A stretch of DNA of 50,279 nt, from the NCBI GenBank assembly GCA_905215665.1, contig CAJMQR010000001.1, forward strand, positions 1 through 50,279. The letters run 5' to 3'. The notes under the pieces were generated by a model. It was not told the origin of the DNA and did not search any database. It saw nothing but the letters and a program-made list of their open reading frames with translations. The stretch comes from an uncultured bacterium. GTDB taxonomy: Bacteria; Bacillota; Clostridia; Oscillospirales; Oscillospiraceae. Both the position numbers and the translations under genes were made by a program. Shown piece by piece: positions 18,275-26,900 of this stretch (the stretch's first letter is position 1; every line of letters begins with the position of its first letter).

Positions 18275-19395
18275 CTCGTCACCCGGTATTTCGCAACCAC
18301 ATCGGGATTAACCGCAATGCCCATGCCGGGCTCCTGTGGGATCGCCACATAGCCTTCGTCATCAATAGAGAATAGCGGCGTGGTGAGCTGCTGGCGCAGC
18401 AGGGTATCCTGCTCGCAGAATTCCTGATACCATGCATTCGGCAGCGTAGAGATATACTGCAGGGTAGCCGCCATCAGAATATTGGTCTTAAAGGCGTGGG
18501 GAATGACCATGGCGTTATATTCTTCTGCCAGATCAGTCAGTTTTCTGGCGATTGTCAGGCCGCCGCAGCGACTGAGATCCGGCTGAACGATGTCAACGCA
18601 GCCCGTTTCCAGCAGTTGCCGGTATTCGTGCAGTGTGCCAACCTCCTCGCCGCCTGCGATATGCACGTTGGTAGCAGCATTCAAACGGGCATATCCCTTG
18701 AGATTATCCGGATGAAAGGGTTCCTCCACCCAGAACACTCCGTAGTCTTCAAATGCCTTTACGGTACGTATTGCACCCTTGACATCAGTCCAGCGCATAC
18801 CGATATCGATCATAAGTTGTTTGTCCGGACCGAGTGCCTTGCGTGCAGCCTTGACCAGCGCGATGTCCTTTTCGAAGGATTCCCCCAAGGCACCCCAACC
18901 GAGCTTCATGCCCTGATACCCGCGATGCATATGCTTTTCTACCAGTTCGAAAATCTCTTTTTCGGTGCCAGGCATCAACACACTGCAATACGCCTGAATT
19001 CTATTCCGGTAGGTTCCTCCCAGCGCTTTACCGGTCGAAACGCCGTAGGTCTTGCCGATGATATCCCAAAGGGCCAGATCAATGCCGCTCATCGCGTGGA
19101 TGACTACGCTGCGGCGTCCATGATAGATGCTCTTTTCGTACATTTTTCGCCACAGACGCTCGACATCCAGAGGATTTTCGCCAATAAGGATCTCTTTCAG
19201 CCCCATGCAGGCCATATGGGAAGCGGGAGCCTCCACGATCGTTTTGACCACATAGGGGGAGGAGTCGACCTCACCGATGCCGGTGATCCCCGCGTCCGTG
19301 TCCACAAAAATCACAACGGTATCCTGACTTCCATCACCCACCATTTCGATGGTCGGCTGCTTAAGGATCTCGCAGCGCACATTTGTAATTTTCAC
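18265..19395 (-). CDS. Enolase-superfamily (mandelate racemase subgroup) acid-sugar dehydratase
   Basis: GITGIGE, SGIDLALWDI, LMID, WVEEP, GGEE, QPDL, IPH motifs; GTG start. Confidence 0.88.
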   Translation of the reverse strand: MKITNVRCEILKQPTIEMVGDGSQDTVVIFVDTDAGITGIGEVDSSPYVVKTIVEAPASHMACMGLKEILIGENPLDVERLWRKMYEKSIYHGRRSVVIHAMSGIDLALWDIIGKTYGVSTGKALGGTYRNRIQAYCSVLMPGTEKEIFELVEKHMHRGYQGMKLGWGALGESFEKDIALVKAARKALGPDKQLMIDIGMRWTDVKGAIRTVKAFEDYGVFWVEEPFHPDNLKGYARLNAATNVHIAGGEEVGTLHEYRQLLETGCVDIVQPDLSRCGGLTIARKLTDLAEEYNAMVIPHAFKTNILMAATLQYISTLPNAWYQEFCEQDTLLRQQLTTPLFSIDDEGYVAIPQEPGMGIAVNPDVVAKYRVTRWN

Positions 19396-20081
19396 CTTGT
19401 ACTATCTCCCAAAGTAAAGTGTTCTATATTCAAAGGATAACGGAACAGCTCCTCGCTTCCGTCTCTTGTAATGCGGTAGTTATTCTCCACGCGGATTCCG
19501 AAGCGGCCCTCTCGGTAGATACCTGGTTCCAGCGCGATCAGCATTCCTTCCTGAAGCGGCGTGACGCATTGCGCAATGAGCCGTGGTGCGAGGAGTTTTT
19601 CCTCCCCGACGGCATGACCGGCATGATGCGGGCAAGAATCACCATAGGCGGCAAGGACGCTCTGCATCCGGGCATAAAGCATGCAGGCCGGGATACCGGG
19701 GCGCAGGAGTTGGTGCATCTGTTCCAGTGCATCCAGCACAGCGGCGTACGCCGTGCGCACCTCGTCGGTTGGTTCTCCTATGAAAAAGGTCCGCGTGGTA
19801 TCGGCATAGCAATGGTCAAAGCCAGGCTGAAGATCGACGATCAGTGTGTCACCTGAGCGCAAAGCGCGGCCGGTAGCTGCGCCTTCGATTGCGCCGCTAC
19901 GCTCTCCGCTGACGATGTCGCCGGAGAATTCAAAATCATGCGGCTCCGCAGTTCTCCATGCGGCTTCGATTCCCTGACGGATCTCTATTTCCGTCACGCC
20001 CGGAGCGGCGGCACTCCTTACCGCGTCAAATGCAATGCGGTTCAGGCGCAGCCGCCGCCGGAAGGTCTGAAGGTCGATCAT
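19392..20081 (-). CDS. M24-family (Xaa-Pro peptidase-like) metallohydrolase, catalytic domain only
   Basis: VD...ADTTRT, HHAGHAVG, EPGIY, GIRVENN metal ligands; no N-terminal creatinase-like domain. Confidence 0.82.
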   Translation of the reverse strand: MIDLQTFRRRLRLNRIAFDAVRSAAAPGVTEIEIRQGIEAAWRTAEPHDFEFSGDIVSGERSGAIEGAATGRALRSGDTLIVDLQPGFDHCYADTTRTFFIGEPTDEVRTAYAAVLDALEQMHQLLRPGIPACMLYARMQSVLAAYGDSCPHHAGHAVGEEKLLAPRLIAQCVTPLQEGMLIALEPGIYREGRFGIRVENNYRITRDGSEELFRYPLNIEHFTLGDSTR

Positions 20082-21604
20082 TCGTACTTTTTCCAGCCGC
20101 TGGTATCGATGCCCATGCTCTTTATTTGTGCTTCGATGCCGTCGCTCAAAGCTTTGTCGTATTTTTCAATAAAGGTCGCATCGTCGATGTAATCCCAGAC
20201 CCACATCTCAAGATAACGGCTCATCAGGTTGGTAGCCTCCAGCGTGGGGCCAAGCACCCACTGTGCCTGCGGCGTGCGTGGAAAATCCTGCTGAAACCAG
20301 TCATTCAGTTCCGGCGGAATGGCGCAGCCTTTGACCGCACCCAGAACCTGACCGTGGAATTCCAGAACAAGCTGACTGTTGTTCTCCGGGGTCGTGATCC
20401 ATTGCAGGAAGCGAATCGCTGCTTCTTCCTCGCCGGGTTTTCCCTCCACTGCCGCCTTCACAATGTTGAAGGAGTTGCAAATTGGCGGTTGGTAAGGGCC
20501 CTTTTCATATTCCACATCTGCAGCGTACTCACTGGTGGCGGAGTCTGCGACCGGAGCGGCAAACATTCCATATGCAAAGCCTCGCTCGGTGTTGGCATTC
20601 TCCTGAACCATCCTGCCGACGCCATCTTCCATCATGGCGACCTTGCCCTCTTTCCAGAGCGTATCGTAATCCGTGTTTGCAGCGCCTTCCTCCAGTGCAT
20701 TCTGGTACTTCCGCTTCACCTGACCGTATAGCTCCATGACCGCAGGATTCGCTGCCGCATAGAACACGCCCTCGTACTCTGCGCGAAGAAGCTCATTTTG
20801 CGACATCACGCCATCGCCGTCATAGTCCCACTTGTCCTTCTGCGTCAGTGCAAAGGTGGGGCCGAGGGAGAACTGAATGTCCCAGCAGTTTACGCAGGGC
20901 GTCCGGTTCTGCATCCACGGGCCGACGGCAATATATCCGGCGGCGGTCAGCTTCTCGCAGACGTCCATATATTCCTCCCAGTTTTTGGGGATGCTTACAC
21001 CGACCTTGTCGAAAATTTCTTTGTTGTAGAAATACGCCGTTGCGACGCCCGGATAGAGGATGACCGGAATGGCCACGACGCTGCCATTGGCGTCGCTGGT
21101 CATGTAGCTGTTCCAGAGATAGGAGGGGAACAGATCTCTCCACTTTTCATTTCCTTCGACATAGACGTTCGGCTGATCGAGATAATCGTCAAGTGGGATA
21201 AACCAGCCGCGGTCGGAGTAGGTCGAACCCTGCATGAAAGTGATATGCGGCGCCGTTCCGGCTGTGATCTGTGTCACCATCCACTGCGCCCAGTCGCCAA
21301 AGGCGCCCTTGTCGCGTACCCATTCGATGGTAACATTGGGATACATTCTGTTGAATTCATCCGCAAGCTCCTGCGCTGCACGGTTGACCACGGGATTTTC
21401 CACGGTTGCCTCCGTATTCATGGAAGGCATCAGTGCCTGAAGATCGACGCGGAGTGTGAGAGGCTTTCCGTCATTCAGGATGCCGTAGCCCTGATCGGTC
21501 GCGATGGGACCTTCTTCCTGCGAATCTTCTGCTCCGCCTGCACAAGCGAACAGTGGCAGTGCTGCAACAAATACGAGCAGCAGCGCGATTAATCTTTTCA
21601 GCAT
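20078..21604 (-). CDS. Carbohydrate ABC transporter solute-binding lipoprotein
   Basis: Lipobox LFAC; FNRMYPNVTIE, YNKEIFDKVG, PKNWEEY motifs; ATG 21604 after GGAGG. Confidence 0.9.
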   Translation of the reverse strand: MLKRLIALLLVFVAALPLFACAGGAEDSQEEGPIATDQGYGILNDGKPLTLRVDLQALMPSMNTEATVENPVVNRAAQELADEFNRMYPNVTIEWVRDKGAFGDWAQWMVTQITAGTAPHITFMQGSTYSDRGWFIPLDDYLDQPNVYVEGNEKWRDLFPSYLWNSYMTSDANGSVVAIPVILYPGVATAYFYNKEIFDKVGVSIPKNWEEYMDVCEKLTAAGYIAVGPWMQNRTPCVNCWDIQFSLGPTFALTQKDKWDYDGDGVMSQNELLRAEYEGVFYAAANPAVMELYGQVKRKYQNALEEGAANTDYDTLWKEGKVAMMEDGVGRMVQENANTERGFAYGMFAAPVADSATSEYAADVEYEKGPYQPPICNSFNIVKAAVEGKPGEEEAAIRFLQWITTPENNSQLVLEFHGQVLGAVKGCAIPPELNDWFQQDFPRTPQAQWVLGPTLEATNLMSRYLEMWVWDYIDDATFIEKYDKALSDGIEAQIKSMGIDTSGWKKYE

Positions 21605-21620
21605 TGTTTTTCCTCCTGTG

Positions 21621-22448
21621 TTACATTTTGATGGCCGAGGTAGACAGGCCCTCGACATACTGTTTTGTCGTTAGTATGAACAGAACAATCAACGGCAGGG
21701 CCGTCACGAGATAGCCCGCATACATGGCGGGATAGCTTCCGGCATTGTTGTTGTACTTCAGGAACAGCATTGCCGAAACGGTCAACAATTCTTCATCACG
21801 GATCGTGATCATCGGCCACATATAATCGTTCCATACGCTCGTAAACTGGTTAATTGTCATAGTTCCGAGCACGGGGAGACACAGCGGCAGACACATTTTG
21901 GTATAGCACTGAAATTCGTTTGCACCGTCCAGCTTTGCCGCCTCAAATGTTGCTTCCGGAATGCCTTCAATGAAGGAGCGCATCAGAAAAACGCCACCGA
22001 CCGGCGAGCCGACCCACATTGGGAGGATCAGAATCCAGTAATTATTTACGCCGAGGATCTTTTTATAGGTCATGAAGCTGGGAACCAGCGTCAGAATAGA
22101 TGGAATCATTAACAGCCCGAGGATCAGCGAATACAGGAATTCCTTTCCGGGAAATTTCAGTCGCGCAAAAGCGTAGGCAGTAATGGACGACAGGAACAGA
22201 ACACCTGCCGTGCCGACGCCTGCCACAAAAATCGTATTCAGGATTGATGGGCTGAGTTTTTTGAAAGCAGAGATAAAACTTGAAAAATCAAGCGGTAGCG
22301 TTGGATACCATTGCGTATCGGCAAAATCATTCGGGTTTTTGAAAGCACCCCACACCGCCATGGCCAACGGGTACAGAAGAAGAACCAGCAGAATCGTCAG
22401 AATGATATGCGTTGGGAGATTGTGTCTTCTAAGTCTGGATTTTTTCAC
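21621..22448 (-). CDS. Carbohydrate ABC transporter permease (MalG-like)
   Basis: EAAKLDGA motif, AYAFAR, WNDYMWP. Confidence 0.92.
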   Translation of the reverse strand: MKKSRLRRHNLPTHIILTILLVLLLYPLAMAVWGAFKNPNDFADTQWYPTLPLDFSSFISAFKKLSPSILNTIFVAGVGTAGVLFLSSITAYAFARLKFPGKEFLYSLILGLLMIPSILTLVPSFMTYKKILGVNNYWILILPMWVGSPVGGVFLMRSFIEGIPEATFEAAKLDGANEFQCYTKMCLPLCLPVLGTMTINQFTSVWNDYMWPMITIRDEELLTVSAMLFLKYNNNAGSYPAMYAGYLVTALPLIVLFILTTKQYVEGLSTSAIKM

Positions 22449-22460
22449 GTCTTACCCTCC

Positions 22461-23378
22461 TCAGTCCTTAACCCTTGCGTAACGGTTGAGTAATAAGGTC
22501 ACGACCATGATGATAATAAACAGTATCATGCCGATTGCACTGGCATAACCCATACGTCCGGCCTTGAACGCCTGTGTGAACATATAATAGCCTGGTACCA
22601 TCGTGCTAAAGCCCGGTCCGCCGTCCGTCAGCAGAATCTGAATGGAATAGTCCTGAAGACCGGCAATCAGGCCGAAAATCAGGAAGTAACGAACCTGACC
22701 CATGAGCATCGGCAGATCTAGATGCCAGAACCGTGTCCAGCGACCCGCACCGTCGAGGACTGCACTCTCAATCATCTCCGTGGAGATGGATGATAGGCCG
22801 GCAAGATAGATCAGTACGGAAGCGCCGCCGACCCAAGGGAAGCCCTGGAAGATCACGGAGAAAATGACCAGATTCGGATTGCCGAGCCAATCGATGGCCG
22901 CATCCTTTCCTACGATACCGAGCAGACGGCACAGCTCGACCAGAAGGCCGTTGTTCGGGTCATAGATATTCTTCCAGATCAGCGCGCCGACTACGCCGGG
23001 CGCGACCATTGGAAGGAGGAACGCAACCCGGTAAAAATACTTTGCTCTGGAGGATTTCAGACCGTAGATCAGTTCCGCTACAATCAGCGGTACGATAACG
23101 GTGATAATGAGTCTCGGGATCAACAGCTTCAGCATTGTGCCGAAGGAATCCAGAAATACCTCGTCTGAGAATGCCTCTTTGAAGTTATCCAATCCAATGA
23201 ATTTTGCCGTACCAACAGCATCCCAGTCAAAGAACGAGTGATACAGGCCACTGAAGGCCGGATAGTATGAAAATGTAAACAGCAGGAGGAACATCGGCAG
23301 AATGAACAGATAAGCTGTCCTGCCCTTACGGAGTCTCCTAAGAAGGGGTTCTTTCTTTTCAAGCGAATTTCTTGCCAT
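22461..23378 (-). CDS. Carbohydrate ABC transporter permease (MalF-like)
   Basis: FIGLDNF, ESAVLDGA, GGPG, GYASA motifs. Confidence 0.92.
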   Translation of the reverse strand: MARNSLEKKEPLLRRLRKGRTAYLFILPMFLLLFTFSYYPAFSGLYHSFFDWDAVGTAKFIGLDNFKEAFSDEVFLDSFGTMLKLLIPRLIITVIVPLIVAELIYGLKSSRAKYFYRVAFLLPMVAPGVVGALIWKNIYDPNNGLLVELCRLLGIVGKDAAIDWLGNPNLVIFSVIFQGFPWVGGASVLIYLAGLSSISTEMIESAVLDGAGRWTRFWHLDLPMLMGQVRYFLIFGLIAGLQDYSIQILLTDGGPGFSTMVPGYYMFTQAFKAGRMGYASAIGMILFIIIMVVTLLLNRYARVKD

Positions 23379-23396
23379 CTTATTTCTTCCTTCGCC

Positions 23397-23858
23397 TTAA
23401 TCGTCGCCGAAGATATCATCCATCGTCAACGTCTGTGATGCATCCTGCTCGTCCTTCGGCTGCTCAAGCGCAATATCGAACTCCAGCGTCACAGGAACAT
23501 ATATAAAAATGGAATTGTCTTCGTCATAAATCTCGACCGAGACCGGTTTTGCTTCAATAAATGAATTAGCAAGGTACGGATAGTAGGTAAAATTGGCCAT
23601 ACCATTTTCATCCGTAACTACACGGGCGCTGTAAAAACTGCCCCTCTGTGGAAGGATGTAGAGCGTATGCCCCTGCACCGGCAGGCCATGCCGGGTCAGC
23701 CGTGCGGCGATCTGCACGGGCGTATTCCCGTCCGCTACAGCGGGCTGCGGCTCCATGGAAACAAGTTCCAGGGTATAGCTGTCGCGGATGAGGTTATCCA
23801 CACCGAAAAGCGCGAAAAGCACAGCCACGATTGCCAGAATAATTATCAGTTTTTTCAT
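23397..23858 (-). CDS. Small exported Ig-like (Big_1/invasin-type) domain protein
   Basis: Hydrophobic N-terminus; AVADG...G.PV.G...TDENGMANFTY pattern. Confidence 0.7.
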   Translation of the reverse strand: MKKLIIILAIVAVLFALFGVDNLIRDSYTLELVSMEPQPAVADGNTPVQIAARLTRHGLPVQGHTLYILPQRGSFYSARVVTDENGMANFTYYPYLANSFIEAKPVSVEIYDEDNSIFIYVPVTLEFDIALEQPKDEQDASQTLTMDDIFGDD

Positions 23859-23879
23859 ATGTCCCTCGTATCACCTAAG

Positions 23880-23912
23880 ACTGCGAGGGGTGCAAACCGC
23901 ACCCCTCACAGT
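23880..23912 (-). other. Intra-operon stem-loop after the giant esterase gene
   Basis: ACTGCGAGGGGTGC/GCACCCCTCACAGT stem, no strong U tract. Confidence 0.55.
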
Positions 23913-23921
23913 TGGGGAGTA

Positions 23922-26900
23922 TCAGGCTTTTCTGAGTTTGCGAAGAATCAGGAGCAGCGCACCCAGAGCGATCACAAGACCGCCACCAATGATCGTGATA
24001 ACTGTCCAGACAGGCAAACTGTCTTCCTCTTTCTGCTGCGTGGGAACAGACGGTTCCCCTACAGGCTTGATGATACCTGTGCCGTCCTCGGCGTCGTCAT
24101 AAAGAAGCGTCGTAACCTCGCACAGCTCGTATACCGCCAGCTGCGCGCCGTCGGCATCAAGTGCGATGATCTGTACTGCGTAGCTGCCGTTCGGGTCGAG
24201 ATTCATAATCACGGTGTTGGTATCAGCAGCACTCTCTGAGGTGATGTAGCGGTGTGATTTCACACCGTCTTCCTCAGTCACCGCAAAGACGTTGATCAGA
24301 TAGGAGTCCGCACCTTCCGTCGGCTCCCACGCAAGGGTGATCGTGGTGCTGGTGACTGTGGGCTCGGCTACGGCGCCCACACCGTCAGTTGCAGACAGCG
24401 GAGAAATTTCCGGAGTGCCCACAAGTGTCACGGTACCGAGGGAACACAGGTCAGTATTCCAGTCGTCACAGGGAGAAGCCCATCCTATGGTCGTGTTTTT
24501 TGGATCGTCGGGACCGCTGGCATTGTTATAATCGACCCACTGAATGTCAAAGCCGATCTGCGTCCCCTCTGCCAGCTTCTCTTTCAGATCTGAGGAGGGG
24601 TACAGCGCCATCTCAAAGTCATAGCAGCCGTCCTTATACTTCCAGATAAAGGTATTAGCATTGACGCCGTCGCCAAGAATTGCCGCACCCGCCGGTGTAG
24701 TAGCGCCATAGGTATTCTTCGGATTCCACGCCGGAGGATTCACGGGCGAACCGCCACCGCAGTAGCCCCAGGTCATCCATGCAAAAGCACCTGCATTGGG
24801 GCGTTTGGAAAAATCAATCAGCTCAGAGCTGCTCACAAGACCGTCAAAGTCGAACACAACCTTGACAAGATCGTTATTGGCATCTTCGGTAGCATCTTTG
24901 ATCTGTCCGGCGATATAAATGGCGTTGTTGTCCCACTTCATCTTATACCAGCCGGTGTTTTCCGCGGTGCCGTCCACCGGGCGGCGCGTCAGTTCATATT
25001 TGGTATTGGTAGCCCATTCCCTCAGCTCACCGTCAACATTGGGCGTGCCCTTTGCTGCTTCCGCTGTTGGATTGGTATAGGACTGCTTGCCCGGGCCGCT
25101 GCTACTGCCGCCACTTGTGAGGCGCGTGTCCCCGGGACCGTCAAGGAGTGTTACCGTCCCAAGGGAACGCAGGTCTCTGCCCCAGTCAGCATAGGGAGAA
25201 GCCCAGCCGATGGTGGTATTCTTTACATCTTCAGGGGTAGACGCGTTGTTAAAGTCGACCCACTGAATGTCAAAACCAAGCTGTGTGCCAACCTTCAGCT
25301 TTTCCTTCATGGCTGCCGTGGGATACAACGCCATTTCAAAACAGTAGGCGCTGTCAGCATACCTCCACTCAAAGGCGTTTGCATTTATTCCGTCTCCAAG
25401 CACCACCGTACCCGCAGCCAGTTTCCCACCAAAGGTGTTCTTCGGATTCCATGCCGCCGGTTTGGTTGCTGAGCCTCCGTTATGTCCCCATGTCATCCAG
25501 GAATGAACGCCTGCGTTGGGGCGCTGTGAGAAGTTCACGTAGGTGCTGTCTGTTGCCAGGCCGTCAAAGTCAAGAATGAATTTGATAATATCATTGTTTG
25601 CATCCAGTGTTGCATCCGTAATCTGTCCGGCAACGTAAATCGCATCCCCGCTCCAACGGATCATATACCAGCCGGTGTCTGTGGCCGTACCGTCCACAGG
25701 TCGCTGAGTCAGCTCGTACTTTGTGTCTCCGACCCATTCGCTTAGATCTCCGTCAACGGTCGGAGTCTCGCGTATAGCCTCTGCCTTGGGATTCATATAG
25801 GCCGGCTGATCGGGGTCAGGCTGATCGGGGTCAGGCTGATCGGGATCAGGCTGATCGGGGTCGGGCTGATCGGGGTCGGGCTGATCGGGGTCGGGCTGTG
25901 TTCTCGGGCCGTCAGCGAATTCAAGTGTACCGAGCTTGCGCAGATCGTCGCCCCAGTCGATCTTGTCCGATGCCCAGCCGATGGTGGTATTCTTCGTATC
26001 ATGGGGATCTGTCGCACCGTTCAGATCAACCCATTGAATGTCAAAGCCGATGCTGCTGCCAATCTTCAGATACTGCTTCATGCCCTCTGCGGGATGAAGC
26101 GCAATCTCGAAGTCATATGCTCCGTCGCTATAATTCCAGACATATCGGTTTTCATTTTTGGTATCCCCGATGACATCGCTGCCACTGGAGAGATTGCTGC
26201 ACCACGCGTTCAGCGGGTTCCAGGGAGCCGGGTTTTTGTCATCATCAGGTTCGCCGTGATAACCCCAGGTCATCCAGGAATAGGCGCCGGCATGGTCACG
26301 CTCATAGAAGCGAACCTCACTCTCCCCTGCGGGAACACCGTCAAAATCGAAAGCGAACTTGAGAATATCGTTGTTCTCATCCATTGTGGGGTCGTCAATG
26401 TGACCCGCAACATAAATGGTATCAGCGTCCCATTTCAGTTTGAACCAGCCGGTAGTCTGCGCTTCGCCATCAATGACACGTCTGGTCAGTTCATACTTCT
26501 GTTCGTCTTCCCACTCGTCCAGCTTACCGTCCACCTTTGGGGTATCATTCCTCGCAATTGCAACGAGTTCCGGTTCCGGCTCCACAGTCTTGACCAGTTT
26601 GATCTTGCCGGTCTTACCCAGATCATCGTTCCAGCTTCTTTCATTGGAAGCCCAGCCGACAGTAGTGTGCTTTGAGTCGTTTTCAGATGCGGCTCCGTTG
26701 AAATCGACCCACTGGATATCAAAGCCAATCTCGGCGCCAGCCTTGAGCATAGCCTTGAGTTCCTCATTAGGAACCAAGTTCATCTCAAACGTGTAAACAC
26801 CATTTTCGTAATTCCGTTGAAGCTGGTTGGCCGTCTTTCCGTCGCCAAGTATGTGATTGCCCGCAGGAAGTGTTGCACCATAAGCATTCAGCGGATTAAA

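Noticed and set aside
23859..23924. TGA-TACT after the giant gene as another ERIC-like copy
   Set aside because: No GTAT right end; only a simple hairpin.
25804..25898. Possible CRISPR array
   Set aside because: Head-to-tail 15-bp units without spacers, in frame within a protein; no cas genes in the window.
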